Positions 38,458-49,382 of a DNA stretch of 64,000 bases are shown here, in pieces. The position numbers and the translations under genes are program-made. The notes under the pieces were generated by a model, which searched no databases, was not told where the DNA came from, and was given only the letters and a program-made list of their open reading frames with translations. Source of the DNA: Cyanobacteria bacterium P01_D01_bin.156 (GTDB taxonomy: Bacteria; Cyanobacteriota; Cyanobacteriia; Phormidesmidales; Phormidesmidaceae); contig JBCCQQ010000001.1 in assembly GCA_039024555.1 (NCBI GenBank), forward strand, positions 320,001 to 384,000. The letters run 5' to 3'. The first letter of the stretch is position 1. Each line of letters begins with the position of its first letter.

Positions 38458-40071
38458 CTACTTCCGAAACATCTTCAACATTCGCTGAGTGACCAAAAAC
38501 CCACCTGCAATGTTGATAGTGCCAATAAAGATAGCAATGGCTCCCAAAATCACAGTGGGGGACCATCCCTGTCCAGAAATTTGCAACATGCCACCGAGAA
38601 TGATGATGCCGCTAATGGCATTGGTTACACTCATTAGTGGAGTGTGCAACGACGGGGAAACATTCCAAATCACCTGCCAGCCAACAAAGCAGGCCAGAAT
38701 AAAGACCGTGAAGTGAGATAAGAAAGAACTAGGCGCACCGATACCAATGCCAATCAGGGCCAACGCGGCAAAGGCGACACCAATCCATTTCCATGGCAGT
38801 GAACGCTTTGATGTCTCTGTAGGTGTTGCTTCCTCTACAGGTTCTTCTACTTTGGCTTCAGGCTTTTTGGGTGCAGGCTTTTTGGGTGCAGGCCAGGTTA
38901 CATGACCATCGTGGCTGACCAGCGCACCTCGGACTACTTCATCTTCAAAGTTAACCGTATAGCCACTGGCACCGCCCATATCATTCAGTAGATGATACAG
39001 GTTCATACCGTACAGCTGGCTCGACTGTCCGGCCATGCGGCTAGCCAGGTCAGTCAGTCCGATAATTGTCACACCCTGATGGCGATAAACTTCGCTAGGA
39101 CGGGTAACTGCACAGTTACCGCCCTGCTCGGCAGCCATGTCTACGATGACTGAGCCGGGTTTCATTAGTTCAACCGTGTCTTTAGTGACCAGCAGTGGCG
39201 CTTTTTTGCCAGGAATCAATGCTGTTGTAATAATGATGTCCACTTCTTTAGCCTGTGCTGCAAACAAGGCCATTTCCGCGTCAATAAATTCCTGGCTCAT
39301 CACCTTGGCATAGCCGCCAGAGCCGGTACCGTCTTCGGCAAACTCCAGTTCAAGGAACTGAGCACCCATGCTTTCTACTTGCTCCTTGACTACAGGGCGA
39401 GTATCAAAAGCGCGAACAATGGCCCCCAAACTCTTAGCAGCTCCAATGGCTGCAAGTCCAGCTACACCGGCACCAATCACAAGCACCTTGGCTGGAGGCA
39501 CTTTCCCTGCAGCAGTGATTTGCCCAGTAAAAAATCGCCCAAAGTTATTAGCAGCTTCAATCACTGCTCGATAGCCAGCCACATTGGCCATGGAACTGAG
39601 GGCATCCATTTTCTGAGCCCGGCTAATGCGGGGTACAGAATCCATTGCCAGTGCTGTTACTCCCTTGTCAGCTAGCTGCTGGAGCAGGTCCTGATTTTGA
39701 GCAGGCCACAAAAAACTAATTAGGGTTTGACCACTGTGAGCTAACTCAGTTTCTGGGCAGTTGAGCTCGTGGTGATAGCTTGGGGGCTGTACCTTAAGAA
39801 CGATGTCAGCCTGTCGCCACAGCTCGACTGCGTTGGCAACGACTTGAGCACCTGCAGCTCTGTAGGACTGATCTGAAAACTCAGCGGGTTCGCCAGCACC
39901 CTGCTCGACCAAGACATCGAAGCCAAGAGACTGCAGCTTTTTAATTGTTTTAGGAGTTGCTGCGATACGACATTCCCCAGGGGTCACTTCTTTGGGAATA
40001 CCGATACGTTTTGGGTGTTCTAAGTGCGATGCCTGTTGGCCAACAGCACCTTGCTCGAGAGCAATGGTCAT
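38458..40071 (-). CDS. pntA: NAD(P) transhydrogenase subunit alpha
   Basis: [33 protein letters not shown] and [14 protein letters not shown]. Confidence 0.97.
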   Translation of the reverse strand: MTIALEQGAVGQQASHLEHPKRIGIPKEVTPGECRIAATPKTIKKLQSLGFDVLVEQGAGEPAEFSDQSYRAAGAQVVANAVELWRQADIVLKVQPPSYHHELNCPETELAHSGQTLISFLWPAQNQDLLQQLADKGVTALAMDSVPRISRAQKMDALSSMANVAGYRAVIEAANNFGRFFTGQITAAGKVPPAKVLVIGAGVAGLAAIGAAKSLGAIVRAFDTRPVVKEQVESMGAQFLELEFAEDGTGSGGYAKVMSQEFIDAEMALFAAQAKEVDIIITTALIPGKKAPLLVTKDTVELMKPGSVIVDMAAEQGGNCAVTRPSEVYRHQGVTIIGLTDLASRMAGQSSQLYGMNLYHLLNDMGGASGYTVNFEDEVVRGALVSHDGHVTWPAPKKPAPKKPEAKVEEPVEEATPTETSKRSLPWKWIGVAFAALALIGIGIGAPSSFLSHFTVFILACFVGWQVIWNVSPSLHTPLMSVTNAISGIIILGGMLQISGQGWSPTVILGAIAIFIGTINIAGGFLVTQRMLKMFRK

Positions 40072-40639
40072 AGTGAATCCTTTACTTAACTAGCTGGGTT
40101 AACGATGTGTTGTAAAGGTCCACTATGAGATTGAGAGCGCGTTTGATCTCAATCCAGCAGGAATAACTTTAGATTTAGTGGTTTTTCTTCACTGAATTGG
40201 GGGTAAATGCTCTGTGCGAAAGATCCCTTACCACCCCCATAGAGAGTCTGCTTATAAAGCTAATTAAGAGCGATAAGTTTAGTGTTGAGATCTGTCAAAA
40301 AGGCTGATATATATTGATTACATCAAATGAACGCATTTGAGTCAACAGCCTTTAATTGACAAGAAAACCCCACAACACGGCGATGAATTGAGTATGCTAA
40401 TCTTAAGAAAAGTTTCTTTCCGTAAATGTACGGGTACGGGGTCTTAATTCAGATGTTTCCCAGTAGCTTTTGATTAGTGAATAGAGTTTTTGCTAGCCTG
40501 AGTTTCGTTGCTGGTGATGCGTGTTATCGGCTGTAAGACCAATTTATGAAACCGTCCCTCTATTTAGGAACTGAGCGATACAGCCGTGATAGTTCTAGAG
40601 GGGTCTAGTTTGTAAGGTGAGCTTGAGGAGTTAGCAATC

Positions 40640-41242
40640 ATGTTTAAGAACATTGTCCGCTGGGGCTTGGCAGGTCTACTGTTTTCATCTGCTACGCTGG
40701 CTGGCGTGAATGTGCCCACAGTGGCTCAAAGTTATGACAGCGACGGCTTAACCCTTTTTGGCGGCACCGATTCGGATTTTCGCTTGAACTACCAGTTGCT
40801 GAACAATACACCTCGGAATAATCGCGTTAAGTGGAATTTGGAGGTACGGTCTGATCAGCTACAGACGGCTACATCAGCTTTAGTCGTTACTTTGCCTGAA
40901 TCGTTCACACGATTCAACGGCCAAGTTGACCTTGATGAAATCACCGTTCGCTACGGTCGCATTGATAGAGAAGGTGAGCAAATTGAGGTGGATGAAGTAC
41001 GCTGGGACGATGTGGTTTTCAGCGGTGCTAATGATCTATCGGAAGAGCTCGATAAGATTGAGATCTTTTTAGCTGAAGATATTCCTGCTGATACTTCCAT
41101 CACTCTTGAATTTGGCAAGGTTAAGAATCCGACTCGGGCTCTAATGCTGCGGACAAACCTCCAAGTATTTCCCCGTGGTCAGGAGTTGGCTACCTATGTT
41201 GGTACCTGGGAAATGTTGGTCGCTTACGAAGATCGCGACTAG
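40640..41242 (+). CDS. DUF2808-family secreted protein
   Basis: Signal peptide, GLTLFGG, VKNP and YVGTW; conserved position upstream of rpmH in cyanobacteria. Confidence 0.75.
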   Translation: MFKNIVRWGLAGLLFSSATLAGVNVPTVAQSYDSDGLTLFGGTDSDFRLNYQLLNNTPRNNRVKWNLEVRSDQLQTATSALVVTLPESFTRFNGQVDLDEITVRYGRIDREGEQIEVDEVRWDDVVFSGANDLSEELDKIEIFLAEDIPADTSITLEFGKVKNPTRALMLRTNLQVFPRGQELATYVGTWEMLVAYEDRD

Positions 41243-41351
41243 CGTAATTCACGAACAAACATGCCCAGAGGCTGCTACAACATGCTAAAATCAGAAACCG
41301 CGCTAATGGAGCGCATATAGTTTTTGATAGAGCAGATTAGGAGTAATCGCC

Positions 41352-41489
41352 ATGACTAAGCGCACTCTCGGAGGCACATCTCGCAAGCGTAAGCGTGTTT
41401 CTGGCTTCCGTACACGTATGCGCACCACCAATGGCCGTCGTGTTATTCAAGCCCGTCGTAAGAAAGGACGTGCGCGTTTGGCTGTTTAA
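41352..41489 (+). CDS. rpmH: 50S ribosomal protein L34 (absent from the ORF track)
   Basis: Hand translation gives [53 protein letters not shown]. Confidence 0.97.
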   Translation: MTKRTLGGTSRKRKRVSGFRTRMRTTNGRRVIQARRKKGRARLAV

Positions 41490-41513
41490 CCCGATTAGTG
41501 TGCGATCGCAGCT

Positions 41514-41894
41514 GTGGCATTACCAAAGCAGCATCGACTACGGTCCCCTCGTTCATTTTCCAAGGTTTATCGTCAAGGCCAGCGCGCTGGTGGGCGCGTC
41601 CTAGGCATTAAAGCCCTGAGAGAACCAGCACCCGGTAATGCTCCTCATGAGAGAGGTTTGCCGGGTGTTTGTTTTGGAGTGTCCATCAGTCGTAAAGTCC
41701 ACAAGCGGGCTGTAGTCAGAAATCGCATTAAACGCCAAATTCATACCGCCATTAGCACCCTCCTTCCCAGGATTCATGGGGCTTGGTGGATTGTAATTAA
41801 TGTCAGGCCCGCCGCAACCACCTGCGAATATTACGAATTTTTGCAAGAATTAGAGAAACTATTGGTAGAGCTGGAGGTGCTGTATGGCCATTAA
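41514..41894 (+). CDS. rnpA: Ribonuclease P protein component
   Basis: LPKQHRL, GVSISRKVHKRAVVRNRIKR; lies directly after rpmH. Confidence 0.95.
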   Translation: MALPKQHRLRSPRSFSKVYRQGQRAGGRVLGIKALREPAPGNAPHERGLPGVCFGVSISRKVHKRAVVRNRIKRQIHTAISTLLPRIHGAWWIVINVRPAATTCEYYEFLQELEKLLVELEVLYGH

Positions 41895-42273
41895 AGAGGA
41901 AGTGTATTACGAAGGTGGTCCTCACATAGGTGATCTGATCTTTCACAGTGTGCTTGCCATTACCCTCGTCTTCATTCCCCTGACGATAGGTGCCATTATC
42001 CGTGCGCTTTGGGTACGCTATCGCATCACTAACCGTCGTATTTCTGTCACTGGCGGTTGGATGGGACGTAATCGCACGGATCTAATCTATTCAGAAATCA
42101 CTCGGATTGCTGTGATACCTCGAGGATTGGGTTTCTGGGGAGATATGTCAGTCCAGTTAAAAGATGGGAGCCGTTTAGAAATGCGCTCTCTGCCGAATTT
42201 TCGGGAGCTCTACGACAAAATCCTAGAGCACATTTCTCCAAAAGCTCAAGAAGCTAGCAAAGTTCGTATCTGA
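41884..42273 (+). CDS. Bacterial PH domain membrane protein
   Basis: EEVYYEGGPHIGDL and RYRITNRRISV; conserved between rnpA and yidC in cyanobacteria. Confidence 0.88.
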   Translation: MAIKEEVYYEGGPHIGDLIFHSVLAITLVFIPLTIGAIIRALWVRYRITNRRISVTGGWMGRNRTDLIYSEITRIAVIPRGLGFWGDMSVQLKDGSRLEMRSLPNFRELYDKILEHISPKAQEASKVRI

Positions 42274-42311
42274 GCATCCCTAAGGATAAAAGCCATTACA
42301 CAAACTTTTTA

Positions 42312-42339
42312 GAGCGTGGAGGGATATATCTCTCCACGC
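42312..42339 (+). terminator. Hairpin downstream of the PH-domain gene
   Basis: AGCGTGGAG...CTCCACGCT stem with only a weak T-tract. Confidence 0.45.
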
Positions 42340-42681
42340 TTCGCTTTCATGAGTAGCCCCATCCAATCCGTAATCATCGCAATTCAAAGCTCAGACCCAT
42401 AATTGCCAAGTAGTAAGAGCAGATGTGAGGAGCGTAGACTAAAGAGATTTTGCAGCTACCAGAGCAAAATTCCCTAAAAGTTCGTAGAGTTTTCATTCTG
42501 AGATTGCATGACCTATTTTCCTGGCGAACAGGTAGGATAACCGTCAATTTATGAGGTAGAACACCGTCTAATACAATTTTTGTTTGGCTGAAAAACTGGC
42601 TCTTTTTGGAGTCAACACCCCTAAGGCCTGCAATATTCAGATACATTAGAGTTCGGTATGCAATTTGCTTGGTAAGCTCGC

Positions 42682-43983
42682 ATGGATTTCGGTATTGGAT
42701 TTCTGACGAACAATATAATGCTGCCAATCCTAGATTTTTTCTATGGGATTGTGCCTAGCTATGGTCTAGCTATTGTGGCGTTGACCCTTTTAATTCGCTT
42801 TGCGCTCTATCCCCTGAATGCGGGATCGATTCGCAATATGCGTCGCATGAAGATCACTCAGCCCCTCATGCAGAAAAAGGTCAAAGAAATCCAAGAACGC
42901 TACAAAGACGATCCGACTAAGCTGCAGTCGGAGATGAGCGGCGTCTACAAGGAATTTGGTAATCCCTTAGCAGGCTGCTTCCCCGTGGTGCTGCAAATGC
43001 CTATCCTGTTTGCGTTATTTGCCACGTTGCGAGGATCACCGTTTGCAGACATTACCTATCCTGTAAACCTGCAGGTCCTTCCCCAAGAAGCTATTGAGCA
43101 AGTTCAACCCCAAGCATTTTCTTCCAAGCCATCTAGTCTTTACATTGCTGATGGTGAACATTTTCCAGTCTCTGCGGTGCTACCTGCAGGAAATCGCATT
43201 GCTGTTGGGGATACAGCCACGGTTCGTCTCCAATCTACGGATGGTGAATCAGTTGAAAAGCTAGCTAGTAAGTACTCTGAAGAACCATCAGCTTTTGTAC
43301 CTCAGTGGGAAGTCACAAAAGGACAGGAGCTGGTCAAAATTGATGAAAATGGTCAGATTACAGCCCTAGCTGCTGGTGATGTAACAGTTCAAGCAAAGGT
43401 TAAAGGGCTAGCTGCAAATAAGGGATTCTTGTTTATTAAGGAATTAGGACGCATTGGTGCCCTTGGAGATGATGGTGAAATTCACTGGGACATCCTGGGC
43501 ATGGTCCTTTTCTTTGGTTTGAGCTTGTACGTAAACCAGCTTTTATCCGGTCAATCCTCCAGTGATAATCCTCAACAGGAAACAATCACAAAGCTGACAC
43601 CCATCCTTTTCTCCGGCATGTTTCTGTTTTTCCCATTGCCTGCAGGAGTTTTGCTTTACATGGTTCTGGCCAATGTTTTCCAAACGGCCCAATCATTTAT
43701 TCTTTCCAAAGAACCCTTACCTGAAAACATTCAAGCCTTGGTAGATGCTCAGGAAGCAAAGGCGGTTAAGGCTGATCGCGGCGCCCTTGCATTTGAACCG
43801 GGTTCTAGAAAGTCAGCTGACAAAGCTGGTAATAGTCGAAACAATCAAACGACTGCGAAAAAGTCTGGTAAGCCTGCTTCTACAGCAAATGACACTGCCA
43901 AAGGCAGTAAGTCAAGTAGCAATCGGTCTAAAGGCAACAAAAAGTCTGGCGGCAGCTCTAAAAAGAAGGTCTCAAATCGGTAA
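42682..43983 (+). CDS. yidC: Membrane protein insertase YidC
   Basis: [38 protein letters not shown] and PAGVLLY; long Lys/Ser-rich tail. Confidence 0.96.
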   Translation: MDFGIGFLTNNIMLPILDFFYGIVPSYGLAIVALTLLIRFALYPLNAGSIRNMRRMKITQPLMQKKVKEIQERYKDDPTKLQSEMSGVYKEFGNPLAGCFPVVLQMPILFALFATLRGSPFADITYPVNLQVLPQEAIEQVQPQAFSSKPSSLYIADGEHFPVSAVLPAGNRIAVGDTATVRLQSTDGESVEKLASKYSEEPSAFVPQWEVTKGQELVKIDENGQITALAAGDVTVQAKVKGLAANKGFLFIKELGRIGALGDDGEIHWDILGMVLFFGLSLYVNQLLSGQSSSDNPQQETITKLTPILFSGMFLFFPLPAGVLLYMVLANVFQTAQSFILSKEPLPENIQALVDAQEAKAVKADRGALAFEPGSRKSADKAGNSRNNQTTAKKSGKPASTANDTAKGSKSSSNRSKGNKKSGGSSKKKVSNR

Positions 43984-44037
43984 GGTTTGGATAGACTTGT
44001 GATTGGCATGTAAGGGCTAAACAAGCGTAGGTAACTT

Positions 44038-44559
44038 ATGGGTGACCAGCAAGATCAGGGCAGTATTCAGTGGCTATCACAGTTGCTAGAGCATCAGGGA
44101 CTAACTACCAGTGTTACTGGTAAGCATGTAGATGATGATTTAGGCGACAGTAGCTTCTGGCTGACCATTGAAGATTCTGCTTTGACTCAGGCTCAAGTAG
44201 AGGGTCTCTTAGGCGACAAAGGTCGTGTCTTAGACGCGATTCAGTATCTTGCCAATACCGTGCTCAATATAGGTCAAGAATCTACTGACCAACAGTCCTA
44301 CACGATTGAATTACACGGCTACAGGCAGCAGCGCCAGGATGAACTTAAAGCTATTGCGGAGCAGGCTGCAACCGCTGCTATTGAAACCGGAGCTGAGCAA
44401 GAGTTGGCTGATTTATCATCTGCTGAACGTCGACAGGTGCATACGTTTTTGAAGGCTTACGGTGGTTTAGAAACCTTCAGTCGTGGCAGAGAGCCTGATC
44501 GTCGCTTGGTTGTCCGGGCAATAACCGGTGATGGAACTATTGATGGAGAGGATGAATAG
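44038..44559 (+). CDS. jag: Jag/KhpB-like RNA-binding protein (KH + R3H)
   Basis: LLGDKGRVLDAIQYL, LSSAERRQVH and SRGREPDRRLVV. Confidence 0.9.
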   Translation: MGDQQDQGSIQWLSQLLEHQGLTTSVTGKHVDDDLGDSSFWLTIEDSALTQAQVEGLLGDKGRVLDAIQYLANTVLNIGQESTDQQSYTIELHGYRQQRQDELKAIAEQAATAAIETGAEQELADLSSAERRQVHTFLKAYGGLETFSRGREPDRRLVVRAITGDGTIDGEDE

Positions 44560-44651
44560 ACTGGACTGAAAAGCCACACCATCACGCAGCTGCTTTCTTG
44601 TCCACACTTGTCATGAACGTTTGCTTCCTTTGATAGGAAGATACAGCCACC

Positions 44652-45161
44652 ATGCAGCGAATCTATATTCCTCATTTAGTCAAAGATCCGGGGCAAACCC
44701 GTACTATTAAAGTCAATGACTATATCAGTGAGTTAGAAACACTCACTCCGGTCAAAGGACACATTCAAATCCAGCATCGCGGCAATTTTTTGGATGTATC
44801 GGCGCAAGCTGAAACGATTACCACGTTGACCTGTCACCGTTGTTTGCAGAATTACAACACCCGGATTCAAGTGGATACTTCTGAAATCATCTGGCTGCAA
44901 GAACCTCACTCAGAACTCTACGAAGAGGAAGTCGAAGTCAGTTTAGAAGATCTGGTGGAGACGCTCTCTCCCCAGGGACATTTTGAGCCTCAGACCTGGC
45001 TTTATGAACAGCTATGCTTGGCCATACCCCAGCGTCAGCTCTGTGACCAATCCTGTCAAGGGATCATAAATCCCTTAGCCAGCGATCTCAATAATGAGAA
45101 CTCAGGGACAGATCAGCGTTGGGCCGCCCTATCTGCCCTCAAACAACAGCTTTCTGATTGA
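44652..45161 (+). CDS. YceD/DUF177 family protein
   Basis: CHRCL, YEQLCLAIP, LCDQSCQG and DQRWAAL. Confidence 0.9.
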   Translation: MQRIYIPHLVKDPGQTRTIKVNDYISELETLTPVKGHIQIQHRGNFLDVSAQAETITTLTCHRCLQNYNTRIQVDTSEIIWLQEPHSELYEEEVEVSLEDLVETLSPQGHFEPQTWLYEQLCLAIPQRQLCDQSCQGIINPLASDLNNENSGTDQRWAALSALKQQLSD

Positions 45162-45163
45162 CC

Positions 45164-46678
45164 ATGGCATTTCGTGAGGAGCTTGGTTTACTGATTCGGG
45201 CTCGCTACCCCCTGGTGTATATCCCCACCCGTGAGGAAGAGCGAGCAGAAGATGCGATTACCATGGTCGCTACAAAAAACGGTCATCGAGCCGTTTATGT
45301 ATGGGATTTTGTAGATGGCTATCGAGGGAGTAACCCGAATGATGTAGGAGCCGCTCGCCGTAATCCATTACAAGCGCTTGAATTTGTTGAAAAACTCTCT
45401 GCTAGTACGGCTGCAGTTTTTGTACTACGAGATTTTCATCGGTTTTTAGATGATATTGCAGTGTCTAGAAAGTTGCGTAATCTGGCACGCAGTCTCAAAG
45501 CTCAGCCGAAAAATATCGTTATTCTGTCAGCAGAATTAACCATTCCCGACGAGCTGAGTGAGTTACTCACCGTTTTGGAGTTTCCACTGCCCAATGTTGA
45601 TGAAATTCAGCAGGAGGTGGAAACCCTGCTGGGGGCCATGGGTAATTTGCCTAAAACTAAGGCCATGGACGGGTTAGTGCGCTCATGCCAGGGCCTCTCT
45701 ATGGAACGGATACGCAGGGTTTTAGCGAGAGGAATTGCCGCCAATGGGACCTTTAACCCCGACGATATTGACTTGATTTTAGAAGAGAAGCGACAAACGA
45801 TTCGCCAGACGCAGATTCTGGATTTCTATCCGGCTACTGAAAAGATCTCGGATATTGGTGGACTGGATAATTTAAAGGATTGGCTAATCAAACGAGGGGG
45901 TTCATTCTCAGAGCGTGCTCGCCAGTATGGGCTTCCCCATCCTCGGGGATTGATGCTGGTAGGTATTCAGGGTACGGGGAAATCCCTGACGGCAAAAGCC
46001 ATTGCCCACCATTGGCAACTGCCCCTGCTGCGTTTGGATGTAGGCCGTTTATTTGCGGGTCTAGTGGGAGAATCTGAGTCCCGCACTCGCCAGATGATTC
46101 AACTCTCAGAAGCGCTCGCGCCCTGTGTGTTGTGGATTGATGAAATTGATAAAGCCTTTGCAGGGTTTGAAGGTCGAGGGGATTCAGGGACTACTAGCCG
46201 GGTGTTTGGCACGTTTATCACTTGGCTATCAGAGAAGAAATCTCCGGTTTTCGTAGTGGCGACGGCCAACAATATTGGTGCGCTACCGCCAGAGTTAGTG
46301 CGTCGTGGCCGATTTGATGAGATCTTCTTTGTAGGATTGCCCAGTCAATCGGAACGGGATGCCATCTTTAATGTGCATTTAAGTCGTTTGCGGCCTCACA
46401 ATGTGAAAAGCTACGATACGGGCCGTCTAGCGTACGAAACACCTGATTTTTCTGGCGCTGAAATCGAACAAGCCATTGTTGAAGCGATGCACATTGGCTT
46501 TAGTCAGAATCGTGATTTTACGGTGGATGACATTTTAGAGGCGGCTAGTCAGCTTGTCCCCTTGGCCCGCACAGCAAAAGACCAGGTGGAAGCACTTCAG
46601 GCATGGGCTGCTTCAGGTAGGGCACGGTTGGCCTCACGACAATCTGCTTTAAGCGATCGCATCAAGAAGCTGGACTAG
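45164..46678 (+). CDS. ycf46: Ycf46-family AAA ATPase
   Basis: LIRARYP, IGGLDNLKDWL, Walker A GIQGTGKS, Walker B LWIDEIDK and RRGRFDEIFF. Confidence 0.92.
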   Translation: MAFREELGLLIRARYPLVYIPTREEERAEDAITMVATKNGHRAVYVWDFVDGYRGSNPNDVGAARRNPLQALEFVEKLSASTAAVFVLRDFHRFLDDIAVSRKLRNLARSLKAQPKNIVILSAELTIPDELSELLTVLEFPLPNVDEIQQEVETLLGAMGNLPKTKAMDGLVRSCQGLSMERIRRVLARGIAANGTFNPDDIDLILEEKRQTIRQTQILDFYPATEKISDIGGLDNLKDWLIKRGGSFSERARQYGLPHPRGLMLVGIQGTGKSLTAKAIAHHWQLPLLRLDVGRLFAGLVGESESRTRQMIQLSEALAPCVLWIDEIDKAFAGFEGRGDSGTTSRVFGTFITWLSEKKSPVFVVATANNIGALPPELVRRGRFDEIFFVGLPSQSERDAIFNVHLSRLRPHNVKSYDTGRLAYETPDFSGAEIEQAIVEAMHIGFSQNRDFTVDDILEAASQLVPLARTAKDQVEALQAWAASGRARLASRQSALSDRIKKLD

Positions 46679-46777
46679 GAAATACAGTATTGCTTGTCAT
46701 TTGAGCTTCCTATGGAAAGAGCGACCCTGTTGCCGTAGCTCAACTAATATTGATACCCCTTTGGTCAAAATATACCC

Positions 46778-47068
46778 ATGGCATCTGAAGATAAAAGGCT
46801 GCTCGAGTCCTTTTACATTAAATTTTTGAGTACTGATAGCAGCTGGGTTAACTCGATATATATCAAAGCTATAGGCGGTACAGTGGCTGGCGCTCTTCTA
46901 GTATCAATTCCGCTGTTCTACTCAGAGATTGAATCCGTAGAACAGCTCTCTGCTATGCAGCTATGCCTCATTTTTCTAGTCATGGAAGCCTGTATCCTAT
47001 TGACGGTCACACTAGGCGATAAGTTTGTGGATGAGATCGCAAAAGCCTTGGACAATGTCCATTTATAG
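46778..47068 (+). CDS. Small hypothetical membrane protein (2 TM)
   Basis: 96-aa ATG ORF with two hydrophobic segments, followed by a strong hairpin. Confidence 0.55.
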   Translation: MASEDKRLLESFYIKFLSTDSSWVNSIYIKAIGGTVAGALLVSIPLFYSEIESVEQLSAMQLCLIFLVMEACILLTVTLGDKFVDEIAKALDNVHL

Positions 47069-47087
47069 CCAGAAGCTATGCCGTGAT

Positions 47088-47131
47088 AAAAATTCATGTG
47101 TGAGGAATCGTTCCTCACACATGAATTTTTT
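47088..47131. terminator. Bidirectional intrinsic terminator
   Basis: Perfect 20-bp IR AAAAATTCATGTGTGAGGAA-TCG-TTCCTCACACATGAATTTTT between convergent genes. Confidence 0.8.
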
Positions 47132-47158
47132 ACCTACACCACCTATACGAAGTGAGCT

Positions 47159-48331
47159 TTAGGCTTCCTGCTCTAGTTCTGCAGCTTTGACCGTAATCGT
47201 TTGGGCCTGATCCCCCCGACGTAGATTCAAGCGTAAACGCTGGCCAATCTTAGCCTGATCCACGTAGGACTGCAGCTGATTTGAAGTTTCCAAGGATTGC
47301 TCGTCAATCCGAGTAATCACATCTCCACGGCGCAACCCTGCAGCAGCAGCGGGAGTATCTGGCAGCACCCGAATCACTAGCACGCCCTTCACCTCAGGAA
47401 TCAGCATGCTGGAGTTAGGATCTTCATTATTGCGTTTCGCAATCTCGGGCGTTAAATCTGCAATTTGCACACCCAGGTAGGGATGGGCGATACGCTCACC
47501 TCGGGCTAACTGAGCCTGGATAGATTTTGCTTTATTAATAGGAATTGCAAACCCAATCCCCATGGCATCGGCCCGGATTGCGGTATTAATACCAATCACG
47601 TCACCTTTACTATTCAACAAAGGACCGCCAGAATTACCAGGATTAATAGCCGCATCTGTTTGGATAAAGTCGAGACGCTTATTGGGAATCCCTACCGTAG
47701 CGCTGGACCGTTTTAGGGTACTAACAATACCCAAGGTTACCGTATTATCCAGACCGAGAGGATTACCCACTGCGATCGCCCAGTCACCCACATCCACAGT
47801 GTCTGAATCGCCCAACGTGGCAACGGGTAAATCTTCTGCCTTAGCATCAATCTTGACAACAGCCAAATCAGTCAACTCGTCTGCTCCCTCAACGGTGCCT
47901 TCAAAATTGCGACCATCCTTAAGGGTGACAGTCACCCGATCCGCTTCAGCCACCACATGGGCGTTGGTCAAAATGTAACCGTTACCATCGACGATAAAGC
48001 CAGACCCTTGACCGCTCAGCCTCTCCTGTTGAGGAATACGCTGGAATGTATCGGGGCCAAAGAATCCTCTAAACAATGGATCGTCATAGAACATGTCAGG
48101 CACATTGCGGGTGATAGTGCGTTCCGTGTCAATGCGCACCACAGCATCTCCCACCTGCCGGACCGCGACCGCTACAAAACTTTCGCTAGAGAGTTCAGCT
48201 GCTTCAGCCGGTGCTTGGGTTAATGCTTCTACCGGTTGCATTCCCGAGAAGAAAAATAGCAAAAGTGCCGAGAGGCAAGTCAGCAACCATCGGCTCAAGC
48301 GGTTCGCTGTAGACAGATCGAAAGGCTTCAT
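47159..48331 (-). CDS. HhoA/HhoB/HtrA family serine protease with PDZ domain
   Basis: Catalytic triad LTNAHVV, DLAVVKI and [10 protein letters not shown]-terminal PDZ domain. Confidence 0.95.
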   Translation of the reverse strand: MKPFDLSTANRLSRWLLTCLSALLLFFFSGMQPVEALTQAPAEAAELSSESFVAVAVRQVGDAVVRIDTERTITRNVPDMFYDDPLFRGFFGPDTFQRIPQQERLSGQGSGFIVDGNGYILTNAHVVAEADRVTVTLKDGRNFEGTVEGADELTDLAVVKIDAKAEDLPVATLGDSDTVDVGDWAIAVGNPLGLDNTVTLGIVSTLKRSSATVGIPNKRLDFIQTDAAINPGNSGGPLLNSKGDVIGINTAIRADAMGIGFAIPINKAKSIQAQLARGERIAHPYLGVQIADLTPEIAKRNNEDPNSSMLIPEVKGVLVIRVLPDTPAAAAGLRRGDVITRIDEQSLETSNQLQSYVDQAKIGQRLRLNLRRGDQAQTITVKAAELEQEA

Positions 48332-48522
48332 AAGGCGTTCTCTGAGACAGTATTAGTCCTATTTTCAAAAATCTGTGGCATTCTTGATCATGCCCAGAAG
48401 AACCAACATAAAAATTTTGTTCTATTGTGGCAGGTTCGTTTCCAATCGTGGGCGGTAACCCACCCTGGAAATCATCACCCATGGTTCAGGAGGGTATAGC
48501 AAACAGTTATGGGTGAGAGAGC

Positions 48523-48948
48523 ATGGCAGGCAGACGTAAAGTAATACTGCTATTGAGCATGGGGAGTTTTCTTTCCCTGACGAACTGTCAAGCTCTGCCC
48601 TCATTATTTGAACCCAGCTATGAATCGCAGCTGGCTGAGCATCTAGCAACCATAGGCGCAAAAATGTACGGTGCCTACTGGTGTCCGCACTGTGCTAGAC
48701 AACGGCAGCTTTTTGGTGATGCAGCCATACTTGTACCCTACGTAGAGTGCGATAGTCGTGGGGTTAACCCCCAGGTAACTTTGTGTAATACAGTAGGCAT
48801 CACTGCCTATCCTACCTGGGAAATTGGTAGTGGTTTTTATCTGGGGACCCAGTCCCTAAGGCAACTGGCTCAGCTATCAGGGTTTACTCCACCCAGTGAA
48901 TCAGCGAGTAGGTCGGATAGCTGGGGGAGTTTTAGTCCAGCTCTGTAG
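48523..48948 (+). CDS. Thioredoxin-like protein (VKOR-associated Trx domain type)
   Basis: MYGAYWCPHC, YVEC, AYPTWEI and QLAQLSG. Confidence 0.85.
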   Translation: MAGRRKVILLLSMGSFLSLTNCQALPSLFEPSYESQLAEHLATIGAKMYGAYWCPHCARQRQLFGDAAILVPYVECDSRGVNPQVTLCNTVGITAYPTWEIGSGFYLGTQSLRQLAQLSGFTPPSESASRSDSWGSFSPAL

Positions 48949-49069
48949 CTATAGATTAGAGACCAGACCTGATTGGGGTGAGATGCTCAAACTGCTTTAG
49001 AATGTAACTGAAGAATAATTTTATAAGACCTCCACTACGGAGGTATGTATAGGAGGATAACGAAGCACC

Positions 49070-49174
49070 ATGGGTGGAGAAATTTTTTCGGTTGCAGTCA
49101 CCATGTTTGTCATCGTCATGGTTGGCTTGGGTGTTGGTTTTCTAATGCTGAAGCTCCAGGGTGCTGAAGAGTAA
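49070..49174 (+). CDS. petM: Cytochrome b6f subunit VII (absent from the ORF track)
   Basis: Hand translation gives MGGEIFSVAVTMFVIVMVGLGVGFLMLKLQGAEE; AGGAGG RBS; lies upstream of ycf39. Confidence 0.92.
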   Translation: MGGEIFSVAVTMFVIVMVGLGVGFLMLKLQGAEE

Positions 49175-49263
49175 CTTGTCACATTAGGCTTAATGTTCAT
49201 AAAACAGACAAAGCCTGAGAAGTTAGTGTAATTTTTCTCAAAGTTATTCAGCTATTCGTTCTC

Positions 49264-49300
49264 AAAGCGGGGCTCGCAACATGCGACTGGCCCCGTTTTT
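49264..49300 (+). terminator. Probable terminator after petM
   Basis: GCGGGGC...GCCCCGT stem followed by a T run. Confidence 0.55.
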
Positions 49301-49382
49301 GCTTAATGTGCCATCGGCGGTTTTCGAACGATGCAGCGTCTGTTAAGCTTAGTAAAGCGTTAAGTTTTGTTTAGAGTCCAAC

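Noticed and set aside
41395..41604. 69-aa ORF from the track
   Set aside because: It is an out-of-frame overlap of the real rpmH (41352-41489) and rnpA genes.
42374..42727. 117-aa minus-strand ORF between the PH-domain gene and yidC
   Set aside because: It is antisense to a conserved operon, overlaps the yidC start and has no motifs.
47088..47131. Yfr1 sRNA, suggested by TCCTCACAC
   Set aside because: The motif is not the full ACTCCTCACAC and lies inside a perfect 20-bp stem between convergent genes, which fits a terminator better.
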